Virus record (IMG/VR): IMGVR_UViG_3300009011_000001
Coordinates: 124,001-188,000 of that record
Length of the DNA stretch: 64,000 nt
Strand: one strand, 5' to 3'
The notes beneath the pieces were generated by a model. That model was not told the origin of the DNA and ran no database searches. It was given only the letters and a program-made list of their open reading frames with translations. A program made the position numbers and the translations under genes. Position 1 is the stretch's first letter; each line of letters starts with the position of its first letter. Below, piece by piece: positions 8,817 to 18,131 of this stretch.

Positions 8817-9218
8817 ATGAGTTTCAGCAGCATTAAAATACAGTCGGTCAGTTTTGTTCGACATAAACGACTCAAGGGCGGCAGGATTATCGCCAGGTGC
8901 ATTCGGACACTGAGCACTGGCTTCAAAACTACCGTCGAAGGCGTTGGTGCTGTTAAAACGGTCCTCGTTGAATTCGATAGCAAGTTTGTATCTGGTTCGA
9001 TGACGGGCCACCTCAACACGATCACCGGTCAACTGTACATGCGTTGCGAGGACGTAGTGCCCGAAGGCTACCTGAAGAATAAACGCTTCAAGCTGATCGG
9101 GTACATGCCGCAAGTCAACATGACCAACGTTAACCGCCGGGAGAGGTCTCTTGAAATCAAAGCCAAGCGGTCCAAGTCCCCGCAGCAAGGCCCAGTTAAA
9201 AAAGGCTTCGGCCGCTAA
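8817..9218 (+). CDS. hypothetical basic protein
   Basis: 133-aa ORF in operon. Confidence 0.6.
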   Translation: MSFSSIKIQSVSFVRHKRLKGGRIIARCIRTLSTGFKTTVEGVGAVKTVLVEFDSKFVSGSMTGHLNTITGQLYMRCEDVVPEGYLKNKRFKLIGYMPQVNMTNVNRRERSLEIKAKRSKSPQQGPVKKGFGR

Positions 9219-9402
9219 GCACAACGCGAAGTACGAGCAAGGCGATGTTGAAGAGAAGCCTTTGAACATCGGAACCATTGGTCACGATGACCCTCCTCGC
9301 TTCCGGTCACGCTTGTATCGAAGAGATCCCGACACGCATCCAATCAGCGAGAGTACGATAGATAGTTCTGCCTTCGATCCGCGTTCACTCATTTATCTTT
9401 AA
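9151..9402 (+). CDS. small protein with an EF-Tu-like KPLNIGTIGH motif
   Basis: GGAGAGG upstream of the TTG start; shares KK..A..HNA(K/R)Y with 11992-12651. Confidence 0.55.
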   Translation: MKSKPSGPSPRSKAQLKKASAAKHNAKYEQGDVEEKPLNIGTIGHDDPPRFRSRLYRRDPDTHPISESTIDSSAFDPRSLIYL

Positions 9403-9411
9403 GGACGTTTC

Positions 9412-9831
9412 ATGAACCTCAATATCGGAAATACCCACGGCATTGATTTCCTGCCGTTCGACTTTAAAATGATTTACACCATGGCCAAGTACGTTCAGGA
9501 AAACAAACTGGACTACGATAAGTTCGTGGGGTCTTACGACCTGTCTGATGCCGGTGGTCCAGTCATCAGCGTCGTCATGAGAGATGCCGAACTCTGCCCT
9601 AAGCCAAAGGGGGTTCCGGTTGATCAGATCCCTGAAGCCCTCCACATCGACAACGGTTATCAGACCGTCGAGGTGCTGCTTTTTGGCGACGACCTACATG
9701 TAGCCGTCAGTCCGCGCAAGCTCGGCCATCGCTACTTCGACGCAGAAGACGTGCTGCATGGTCTGGCTAACTTCATCCGCGAAACCGAAGACGGTCAGGT
9801 ACCGCCAGTGCGTTATGTCAGCCCGACCTGA
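9412..9831 (+). CDS. hypothetical protein
   Basis: AAGGA RBS; 139-aa ORF. Confidence 0.7.
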   Translation: MNLNIGNTHGIDFLPFDFKMIYTMAKYVQENKLDYDKFVGSYDLSDAGGPVISVVMRDAELCPKPKGVPVDQIPEALHIDNGYQTVEVLLFGDDLHVAVSPRKLGHRYFDAEDVLHGLANFIRETEDGQVPPVRYVSPT

Positions 9832-10117
9832 AATCAAGTACCGGCATCTCGAGGGAAGTACGTTCCTAGTTGCTAACCTCAAGAGTTTTAAAGAATGTGC
9901 ATATTCTCACTTTGGTCCCAACTTACATGCCGAAGATTGGGAGCCGATGATGAAACCTAAGAGGTATCCGTCTGTTGTTACGTTCTGGGGTGCCGCCTGC
10001 ACTACTCACGAACCGGACGCTACCTGCACACCGCTTTCAGATTACATCGAATCGCTTAAAAAGAAAGTCGACGCTATATCGAACTTTTAACGCCCGCCCC
10101 TTATTGAGAGATTGAAC

Positions 10118-10564
10118 ATGCCCTGCTACGACGGAACACCAGTGCCAAGCGAATTGGAAAAGCGCATTAACAAGGCCGCCGCTTTGTTGCAGCTTACCTA
10201 CACCCTTTTCGACGAGCCTGTGTCAGAACACATTTCCAAAGCTGCCGGTAACCCGTACTGCAATGATCGCAGCATCGAGCCGCTGTTGTGCGAGCGCATG
10301 CACGATCTGCAAAACAACCGACCGCACGATTACAAAAATCTGTTCGCACCCGATTACCGTGAAGACAAGATCGACGGCTACACCAACGTCCTCCGTAGTC
10401 AGCTTCATTCGTGGTGGAGAACGCATCTGCGTCTCGACGAAGAGCGCAATGGAAAACCGAGCGATGTAGACCTGCTCCATTCGGCGATGCTCAAACTCAC
10501 CGCAGAAGAAGCAGGTGCCTTAGAACTTCTCCAGTATTGGAAGAAGGTACACGACGAGAAATAG
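10118..10564 (+). CDS. hypothetical phage protein (MPCYDG N-terminus)
   Basis: ORF in operon. Confidence 0.7.
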   Translation: MPCYDGTPVPSELEKRINKAAALLQLTYTLFDEPVSEHISKAAGNPYCNDRSIEPLLCERMHDLQNNRPHDYKNLFAPDYREDKIDGYTNVLRSQLHSWWRTHLRLDEERNGKPSDVDLLHSAMLKLTAEEAGALELLQYWKKVHDEK

Positions 10565-10570
10565 GTGGCC

Positions 10571-11023
10571 ATGCCAACAGTTTTGTTTGTTCCTCTTATT
10601 TGCGTCCCTCTCTTGGAGGGGGACTTTTCTTTAATCAGCATTGGAGATCCCGGGCAAGCCAATGAGTTTGCCGAAACCCACCCCGGACTTTTGCGTCTGG
10701 AGTTTCACGATATCCCCGACCCGATCCCGAATGAAGGCTACGTTCACTTCACTTACTTCATGGCGATCAATATCCTGACATGGTTGAAAGAACAGCATGG
10801 CAAAGACATTGTTGTTCATTGCCAAGGCGGCATCAGTCGTTCGGCTGCTGTTGCAAAGTTCATGGTTGGAACACTCGGCTATGAAAAGAAAGAATTCGAT
10901 CGCTGCACGTCTAATGACGAAGGCTACAACTCGCTCGTCTATCATCAATTAAGAATCGCCAACATGGATCTGGACAAAGCGTCAGGTCACATGCTGCGTA
11001 ACATGCGGAAGCTCCATCAGTGA
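10571..11023 (+). CDS. protein-tyrosine/dual-specificity phosphatase
   Basis: VHCQGGISRSA (HCx5R) and the F.D general-acid loop (EFHDI). Confidence 0.9.
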   Translation: MPTVLFVPLICVPLLEGDFSLISIGDPGQANEFAETHPGLLRLEFHDIPDPIPNEGYVHFTYFMAINILTWLKEQHGKDIVVHCQGGISRSAAVAKFMVGTLGYEKKEFDRCTSNDEGYNSLVYHQLRIANMDLDKASGHMLRNMRKLHQ

Positions 11024-11250
11024 CCCTAACCGGACGCATCATCGCCCTCGCCGTAGTTATCATTTTGCCAATCATTTTCTTTGGTTTCGTTTTCCCGACG
11101 TGGACAAGTCAAGGTAAAAAGAATGCAACAATGGTGACTTCCATGGATGCCTGCCTTGAGTCTGAAAAGAACAAGGGTCATGGGCAGGACCATCTCGACT
11201 CCATTTACCGCCTTTGCTGGATGCGTGCTAAAACAGACGCTTCGAAATAA
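11020..11250 (+). CDS. small membrane-anchored protein
   Basis: N-terminal TM helix, Cys pair. Confidence 0.65.
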   Translation: MTLTGRIIALAVVIILPIIFFGFVFPTWTSQGKKNATMVTSMDACLESEKNKGHGQDHLDSIYRLCWMRAKTDASK

Positions 11251-11264
11251 CCCTGGAGAAACAA

Positions 11265-13469
11265 ATGAACCTCAATGCCGCTTCTTTGTTTGATCAGATC
11301 AAAGCACAGCTCAAAGATCAGCCCGCTTGTGTGCTCACGATCTATCGCTGGTTCTTCGAAAAGGATCAGCACGTCACGGTCGATATTCCGCTTGTCGACA
11401 AGATCCGTCATCTTCAAGGCGACGGCTTCACTTTCACGCTGGTGGAGGTCATGAGTGCAAGCGGTAAGTTGCGCTACCTGCGCACTGACTTGATGATGGC
11501 CTTTCCGAAACCGGTGGTCGTCAAACCTAGCGTTCTCAGCAATAGGTCAGAACTGCAACAGGAAGAACAACCGGTTCTCCCTTTGAGAACCGAGCCTTAC
11601 GTCCTCGGTGGTCGTGTGCCGGAAGCCATGGTCAAGCATCTTCAGAAGAATGCCGGTCTTCCAACCCGCCGCGCCAGCTCTAAAGTCGAGGACGAAGAAG
11701 CAGCATGATCAATTTCCGACAAACCGATCTTCCGATCTCCTACGAGCCCGTCATCGTCGACTTTCACGATATCAGACCGCCGAACGACGGTCCAATCTAC
11801 ACTGCAGTAATGCAGAAAGACGTTTTCACTGAAGCCATGGTCCGGCTCGATTACAAAGTGTACGGGACTTCGACTATCAGCGATAAGCATCTGCAAGTCG
11901 TCTATCTGCGCAAGGACATGTACGAGAAAGCTCAAGAAGACTTTCTCCGTTCCGATCGCAGTTCTATTGGCACATTTCGAGTGACCCCACAATGAGCAAG
12001 CGCACTAACCCTCACAAACAAGCAATGAAGAAACACGCCGCCGCCATGCACAATGCCCGTTACACGCTGAGCAAGGAGTTTGACGCTCTGGAAGCTGGCC
12101 GTAAGCGCTTCGTGGCCACAACGGCCAATGGCGGCATGGGCGTTGTAACGGAATCATCAAGCGTCTCCACAGGGACTCTGGCGGAGTTCATGGAGAACGG
12201 TAGCCCTGGTGACGTCTACGTTGAACGCGGCATCGAAGTTGTTAAAGACGCCGCCGGCGTGATCGCCGATGACAAACTGGTGATCGGTAACGAAATGAAA
12301 ACTTCGTTGCCACAAGGTTTGCACTTTGCCGGGCACGAACCTCGTGACTATCAATTGCCGGCCATTGCTGCAGCAGAAGCCATGGTGGGCGAACACATCC
12401 CTCGCGGTACCGTGGAAAACTCTGGCGGAATACTGTTTGTCTGTGACAGCATTTCCCCTCTACCGGTGGGTGAAGGCAGCATCGAAGACATTCATGGTGA
12501 ATTCGCGAAGCTGGTGGATGTTGGTCTGCCTTCGACTTTTGCTACGGGCCGATCCAGCGTTTCCGGCTGCTTGCCAGAAGAACTCGGCGTAGGTGCCAAA
12601 CTTCCTCCGGCAGTCATGGAAACCATTGAACGTCGTCTTTCCGAGGAATGAGTCGATGATCGAGAATCACGACAAAAATCAGGTCATCATGTCGGTCGAA
12701 AACTACGAGGCGTTGGTGATTGCCTCCAGTAAGGGCATCGGCATGCTGCCTCGTGAGCTGAATCGAATTAAGCGCCATGTGCGTAAGTTCAATTCGCCTC
12801 AGAAGGAAAAGCGCGCAGCACAGCTGAAAGATGAAGAAACCCGTAAGTGGTGCCTTCGTCAGGAAGCTACAAAGCTCGTAAAGACACATGAAGGCAAGAC
12901 CGTCATCGTTCTGTACAAGTATCCCGACAAGGCTCCTGTTGGCGTTCCAGGAACTCTGAAGGGGTATTCGTCACATGGCGTTGGTTTCGTTGCCGTGCGT
13001 CTCCACAGTCGCGAAATGAAACGCTGTATCCATCTGCTGGCAGAGTTTGTTCTGTCCGTAGAGGAGTACGAATCGATGCAACAAGTCGACATCGCTGAAC
13101 GTCGACGCGAAGCATTTAAACAACTCGCAGAAGAATATCCAAGCGCCTCTTTCGTGCACGAGCTTCGTCCTCAGTCCTAATGAGATGAGCCTTGCAGAGG
13201 TAATTAGGATGGAAACCGTGAGAGTGAATCGGCATCGCTTACTGGTGGGTGATCGGTTTGTTCTGCCTGAAGACCGAGATCGATTGCTCTACGAAGTACA
13301 GGGAAGTCATCCCGAGTCAGGTTTGTTGATCAGACGTATTAAGCATAGCTGGTACGGTTACATGCATCGCGAAACTGGGTTAGTCATTGGGAGTGAAAAG
13401 GGGAGCAGTCTAAAGGAACTGATGACGATTCCTTCGGTTGTTTTGATGCGAGAAGTTGATTTGGCATAA
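11265..13469 (+). CDS. run of five hypothetical CDSs (11265-11708, 11705-11995, 11992-12651, ~12656-13180, 13185-13469)
   Basis: Closely spaced or ATGA-overlapping junctions; no recognisable motifs. Confidence 0.65.
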
Positions 13470-13470
13470 G

Positions 13471-13504
13471 GCATAGAGGCAGGGCGTTTGCCCTGCCTCT
13501 ATGC
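13471..13504 (+). terminator. CATA...TATG-closed hairpin terminator
   Basis: GCATAGAGGCAGGGC-GTTT-GCCCTGCCTCTATGC followed by a T-rich tail. Confidence 0.85.
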
Positions 13505-13533
13505 TGTTTCATTTTCTTTTACTTACTTATTTA

Positions 13534-13547
13534 CAGCAATACATTAC
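13534..13547 (+). promoter_or_regulatory. putative early promoter driving the RKK-peptide operon
   Basis: CAGCAATACATTAC about 30 nt upstream of the GAGGAGG RBS. Confidence 0.65.
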
Positions 13548-13578
13548 GGTATAGACAAACGTAACCTGAGGAGGTTTC

Positions 13579-13806
13579 ATGTCTAAATATAATTCTCTTA
13601 GAAAGAAATACGACGGTCCTAAAAACGAGGACGAGGATAACGGTAGCGCCACAGATCCGGATGATAGCTTGGAGGAAAGGGATTTCGTCAGTCTAGACAA
13701 TTACTTTCATCCCAGAGCGCAGGCAGCCGATAGAGATGCAGCCCTGATCACGCGCAGTAAACAACGGGATGCTGACGTCGTCTATACTTTTAGCAGGTTC
13801 AGATAA
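13579..13806 (+). CDS. RKK-motif small charged protein 1
   Basis: GAGGAGG RBS; MSKYNSLRKKYD...DNGS. Confidence 0.75.
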   Translation: MSKYNSLRKKYDGPKNEDEDNGSATDPDDSLEERDFVSLDNYFHPRAQAADRDAALITRSKQRDADVVYTFSRFR

Positions 13807-14021
13807 TGGCCGATATAGATAGAAAGAAATACGACCCTCTTAAAGTTAGCGATATAGAAAATGGCTCAGGAAGCTATATCCCTGATGCACATCTGTGGTG
13901 TCCGTCGTCCAGGGATCCGGATAATCGAACGACTATCCTAGATCGGGATAGCGACGAGGCAAAAAATGTAAAGCGAGGATATAAGTTCATCGTCCACGCC
14001 AGCCACGTCAGGTGCGATTAG
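13806..14021 (+). CDS. RKK-motif small charged protein 2
   Basis: TAATG overlap; MADIDRKKYD...ENGS. Confidence 0.75.
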   Translation: MADIDRKKYDPLKVSDIENGSGSYIPDAHLWCPSSRDPDNRTTILDRDSDEAKNVKRGYKFIVHASHVRCD

Positions 14022-14022
14022 G

Positions 14023-14265
14023 ATGGATGTTCTCAGAAAGAAAATGCGCCTTCCATTGAGAGATGATCGCATAGAGTTAGGTCAGGATGCGAATGGCTGC
14101 TTTGAGCAGATGTGCAAGTGCGCAGGTCATGAGCCCATTCACGATTGGGATGCTGAGCCAGATGAAGACGTACTTTCGTGCGACGATCCTGATCTGAGCC
14201 ACGCCCGTTACGAAAGGATTCATCTCTCAGAGGCCAATAACGCATGGGACTTTACGGTGGAGTAA
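14023..14265 (+). CDS. RKK-motif small charged protein 3
   Basis: MDVLRKKM...ANGC...AWDFTVE. Confidence 0.75.
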   Translation: MDVLRKKMRLPLRDDRIELGQDANGCFEQMCKCAGHEPIHDWDAEPDEDVLSCDDPDLSHARYERIHLSEANNAWDFTVE

Positions 14266-14268
14266 GCG

Positions 14269-14487
14269 ATGCCAGCCAGAAGTAAAAAGTTTTTGGTTAA
14301 CGAACATACTGCCGGTTTGAGAGGCGGACTCCGCGCTTACAGCGAAGACATTGATAGAAAGGTCGGATCTGCCGAAATTTACACCTACGACTCTGAAGAG
14401 ACGGCGTACATCAGAGACAGGGATGATGGCGCACCCACCCGTTCAAAAATTGATCAATCCCCGAGGGATCGTGATGCACGACATTAG
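14269..14487 (+). CDS. RKK-motif small charged protein 4
   Basis: GGAG RBS; MPARSKKF. Confidence 0.65.
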   Translation: MPARSKKFLVNEHTAGLRGGLRAYSEDIDRKVGSAEIYTYDSEETAYIRDRDDGAPTRSKIDQSPRDRDARH

Positions 14488-14728
14488 ACGTAAGTCAATG
14501 CCGGCACGTTACGTGGGCGGATGCGAGGAAGGTCGCCAAACCCTAGACGATGAAGTCTCGATTCAGCGAACCCTGGATGGCGATCCCGAAACAGGTAACC
14601 GGCCGTTCGACGTTGAGCGTTATGACAAGAGTGTTCTCAAAGATGGAGATTTTCGGCGAAACTTTGAACGTGATCGGCAACTGAAACTACCCGACCGGGT
14701 ATGGACAAACAAATGGGCAAGAGAATAA
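14474..14728 (+). CDS. RKK-motif small charged protein 5
   Basis: GAGGG RBS; MHDIRRKS...GGCEEG. Confidence 0.7.
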   Translation: MHDIRRKSMPARYVGGCEEGRQTLDDEVSIQRTLDGDPETGNRPFDVERYDKSVLKDGDFRRNFERDRQLKLPDRVWTNKWARE

Positions 14729-14973
14729 GTGCTGATCGCAAGAAAAACCTTGTCTGGATTGGAGAAGAATTCGTCGCCCACGATAACGGCTTGAAAACTC
14801 CAGGAAACTATGGACGGTGTATCGAGGCTTTTGATGGTGTTCATCGAGAAGGTAACGAACCACGCGATAGAGAGCAGATCGAAAGCGTAAAGCTCGATAA
14901 CGATCGTTATAGAAGACTGGATATTTCGAACATGCACTTTCGAGATCCGTTGGAGGACTACACACGACCCTAG
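14713..14973 (+). CDS. RKK-motif small charged protein 6
   Basis: MGKRISADRKKN...DNG...GRC. Confidence 0.7.
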   Translation: MGKRISADRKKNLVWIGEEFVAHDNGLKTPGNYGRCIEAFDGVHREGNEPRDREQIESVKLDNDRYRRLDISNMHFRDPLEDYTRP

Positions 14974-14981
14974 GAGGCTGT

Positions 14982-15251
14982 ATGTATTTCGTAGATAGAA
15001 AGAACGACCAACCTTGTCGACCGTTACCGGGCGATTCTCGTGGCACTAGCACTTTGGAAGGACCAGTTCTTTATAAGTGGATAGGCGAAGGAGATAAAGC
15101 CGAAGGCTGCGGTGATGAAGACCCAGATGAAGTTAAGCGCCGGCAGGGCTATCTTCAGGACGGAGATGAGGATAGAGAGTGGCCTCAGAAAACACTGAGA
15201 GCGCAGTGCCGGCAATCAGACCTTAGTCTTTGGGATTGGACAGTAGAATGA
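14982..15251 (+). CDS. RKK-motif small charged protein 7
   Basis: AGGAGG RBS; MYFVDRKND...EGCG...LWDWTVE. Confidence 0.75.
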   Translation: MYFVDRKNDQPCRPLPGDSRGTSTLEGPVLYKWIGEGDKAEGCGDEDPDEVKRRQGYLQDGDEDREWPQKTLRAQCRQSDLSLWDWTVE

Positions 15252-16603
15252 AACACGATCCCCTTAGAAAGAAGGCAGAACGTTGGTTCATGTCTGTGGT
15301 AAATGGCAAAAACCCACGGGAAACATTGCCACCAGAAACATATTTGCATTACTGGATCCCTGACTATGTCGAAAGTGATCCAGAGCTTATTGTCCACGAA
15401 TCTGTACGCGTCCTCGATTTCGACAAATACCGAGCCTGTAATAATCCTTCATTTATCGGCTTCCCTGATGCAACAAATAACCAAGGAGTAAACATGAAAG
15501 GCGATTTCCTTCCTGTACCGCAATCCGAAGCTCTGATTGCAAACATCAATTCGTGGAACGATAAACTGGCGCTGCTGCGCGGCGATAACATCTACGATGT
15601 CTCCCGCCTGTTCTTCTCGTCCAAAGGCTGGAATGCTCACCAGTACAATCTGGTGGCCGACATTCCTTACGGCAGCAGCGTAGCCGAGAACGACCGCAAA
15701 GTGCTGAAGGTTGTTGAAGAAGAGATCCTCAAGCCGAAGGGTCTGCACTTCATTCGTACTTTGATGGGTCGTCTGGTCTGCAACGACACCGAAATCCTCG
15801 GCTCGTTCGTCAACCCAAGCAACAGCGCCACCCAGTCCAAGTACGACATCATCGGCACCGAAAAGCTGGCAAGCTATTTCCGCGATGTCTTCAAAGAACA
15901 CATCGACAACGGCAAGACTGCGTATCTGCGCCGTCTGACTCTGGCTGACCGTAACATCACGTCCACCATCGAGACCATCCCTCCGGTCGAAGGCATCCCG
16001 GACATCATGAAGTTCTACCCGTACTTCGAGCGCAGCCCTGAACAGCTTATCGCTGAGTTCATGGCCTCCACCTCGAACGTACTGCTGCTGATCGGCCCGC
16101 CGGGCACCGGTAAGTCCAACTACATCCTGCAAATGATGAAGGCCCGTGGCTGGGATGACAAGATCCACCTGGCTGACCGTGAAGACGTTCTTCTTAACCC
16201 TGGTCTGTCCGACTATGTGCGCAACTGCGAAGCCGGCTCTGTGGTCATCACGGAAGACTCCGATAAGTTGGTACGTTCCCGTGAGCAGGATAACGAGAAC
16301 ATGTCGGCGCTCCTCAATGCCACGGCAGGTATCGTTAGCCGCGATGTGAAGATCATCATCTCCACCAACCTGGAATCTCTGACCTATGTCGACAAGGCAC
16401 TGACCCGCCCCGGTCGTTGCTTCGATATTCTGAAATTCCAAAGCCTGACGACTCAGCAGGCGCTGGACGTGCGTGAAATGATGGGCCTGGAATACATGGA
16501 CATCGAAGAAAAAGAAGCGACTCTGGCAGAAGCTTTGAAGTACCACGAAATCCACCGTGACCGCGTACCGAAGAAACAAGCATTCGGTTTTGCGAGGGCG
16601 TAA
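15248..16603 (+). CDS. AAA+ ATPase (internal start at 15494) with an in-frame N-terminal RKK module 8
   Basis: ATGA overlap at 15248 (MKHDPLRKKA); AAGGAG RBS before ATG 15494; GPPGTGKS Walker A, VITEDSD Walker B, STN sensor, ALTRPGRC arginine finger. Confidence 0.85.
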   Translation: MKHDPLRKKAERWFMSVVNGKNPRETLPPETYLHYWIPDYVESDPELIVHESVRVLDFDKYRACNNPSFIGFPDATNNQGVNMKGDFLPVPQSEALIANINSWNDKLALLRGDNIYDVSRLFFSSKGWNAHQYNLVADIPYGSSVAENDRKVLKVVEEEILKPKGLHFIRTLMGRLVCNDTEILGSFVNPSNSATQSKYDIIGTEKLASYFRDVFKEHIDNGKTAYLRRLTLADRNITSTIETIPPVEGIPDIMKFYPYFERSPEQLIAEFMASTSNVLLLIGPPGTGKSNYILQMMKARGWDDKIHLADREDVLLNPGLSDYVRNCEAGSVVITEDSDKLVRSREQDNENMSALLNATAGIVSRDVKIIISTNLESLTYVDKALTRPGRCFDILKFQSLTTQQALDVREMMGLEYMDIEEKEATLAEALKYHEIHRDRVPKKQAFGFARA

Positions 16604-16658
16604 TGCTGTGACCCGTATGTCGTAGTCCTGAGGCTACGGCGCATTCTGTGAGGTGTGT

Positions 16659-16910
16659 ATGAGCGTTGTAGAATTGGAAGACCTGCGTCAAAATCTTCTC
16701 GCCATCCTCAAAGAAAAGATGAGTGACAAGATCTTCGACCATACGCCACATGGCGTATTGGCTGACTATCTAGAGGTTCCGTTGGCTGAGGTTTCGACCT
16801 TGATGACAGGGAACATGCTTAAACTTCAATTGTCGACCATCGTCGCCGTAGCCCATTTCTGCGGTAAACAAGTCCGAACAACACTGATAGAAGAAAAGGA
16901 AGTTGCTTGA
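16659..16910 (+). CDS. XRE/HigA-like helix-turn-helix protein
   Basis: LADYLEVPLAEVSTLMTG...L.TIV..A...GKQV pattern. Confidence 0.55.
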   Translation: MSVVELEDLRQNLLAILKEKMSDKIFDHTPHGVLADYLEVPLAEVSTLMTGNMLKLQLSTIVAVAHFCGKQVRTTLIEEKEVA

Positions 16911-17362
16911 TGTCGAACTTTATCAATAATCAAACAGGCAAGCCTGTCGAAGAAACCACCGTACTTTTGGAGGTCGGCGTACCTACGAGCATTAGCGGCA
17001 AAACCTACCTTTTAGATGCAAGCTTGCGTGCAGCAGTTCGCGCACTGCAAGGCAAGAAGATCCACATGCAGTTCGGCAGTCCCGGCAGCAACGCCAACGC
17101 TCTGGACCAAAGCCGTACCTGCGGCCTGATCGAGAACGTTCGTCTGATCGAATGCCGTCAGACGAAAGGCACTGGCGTTATCATCGGTGATGTGAAGCCA
17201 TGGGGTCCTTTCGGCGTCCATGTGCGCGATTGCATCAGCGGCGCCGAACCACATCCTTCGTACTACGGCCTGCACGCCATGGTCAGCGCTCCAGTCGGTG
17301 GCGATGGCATGGTGCGGTCTGTTCGAGAAATCGTCAGCTGGTACATGGTCAGTAAGAACTAA
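16907..17362 (+). CDS. hypothetical protein, possible degenerate prohead-protease-fold homolog
   Basis: IIGDVKPWGPFG...YYGLHA...IVSWY resembles phiKZ-type head protease segments; catalytic residues not evident. Confidence 0.35.
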   Translation: MMSNFINNQTGKPVEETTVLLEVGVPTSISGKTYLLDASLRAAVRALQGKKIHMQFGSPGSNANALDQSRTCGLIENVRLIECRQTKGTGVIIGDVKPWGPFGVHVRDCISGAEPHPSYYGLHAMVSAPVGGDGMVRSVREIVSWYMVSKN

Positions 17363-17368
17363 GTAAAA

Positions 17369-17399
17369 CATACAGGCTGGGACAACCCCAGCCTGTATG
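17369..17399 (+). terminator. CATA...TATG-closed hairpin terminator
   Basis: CATACAGGCTGGG-ACAAC-CCCAGCCTGTATG. Confidence 0.75.
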
Positions 17400-17456
17400 C
17401 CGTTTGGTGACTTGATACAAAGTACACAAGAAGTATGTCCACCAGCCCTGGGGGCT

Positions 17457-18131
17457 ATGATGATTGATAACGTAGTGAGTATCACGAAGTACAAGAAGGC
17501 CGATGACGAACTTACGTTCATGCATGAGTTTAAGATGCCTCCGGATGCTCTACTCATGGACTTTCCGATGCAGCTCGAGCTGCTGAAAGATCGCTGTTGG
17601 GGCTTGTGTAACAGCGGCAATCCCTCTGGCATCCACATCCATCGGTTACTTGGCCTGACTGAGAAGATGTTCGCAAACATCTGTTTTTCGTTAGACGAGC
17701 CTTTGTTCATGCGGATCTATAAAGATCCGAAAAACGAACTTGTCTTCATGGTTCGTGTGCTTTCAAATTACCTGTTTGAAATAGGTAATGCTGTCAAAAA
17801 AGGAAGCCCCGAACCCAAGCCTCTCTTCGATGCCAAGATCTATTTCTTCGAAATGACGTGCGATCATCCAGAAATGTTCATCGAACCTCCGGCGGTTATG
17901 GCCGGCGAGATTGTTGAGCACTGGCACCTCCCGGCTAGTTTCTACGGCCGGGCATCAGAGCAGTTAACTGATCGCATCGTCAAGAACATGAATACGGTCA
18001 CCACAACGAACTGCGGCTTTGCAAAGATTGTAGATAACACGTACGTGGCAGTGATTCCTCACAGTGAGAAGTATTGCATTCTGATGACGCTTTGCCTGAA
18101 AGATAACCTTCCGACTAATGGAGTAGAGTAA
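17457..18131 (+). CDS. hypothetical protein
   Basis: ORF; start placed downstream of the hairpin. Confidence 0.65.
   Translation: MMIDNVVSITKYKKADDELTFMHEFKMPPDALLMDFPMQLELLKDRCWGLCNSGNPSGIHIHRLLGLTEKMFANICFSLDEPLFMRIYKDPKNELVFMVRVLSNYLFEIGNAVKKGSPEPKPLFDAKIYFFEMTCDHPEMFIEPPAVMAGEIVEHWHLPASFYGRASEQLTDRIVKNMNTVTTTNCGFAKIVDNTYVAVIPHSEKYCILMTLCLKDNLPTNGVE

Noticed and set aside
13579-15493. CRISPR array or DGR template/variable repeats
   Set aside because: Similarity is at the peptide-motif level only. No identical nucleotide repeats, adenine-specific variation or RT are seen, and no CRISPR array was found anywhere in the window.
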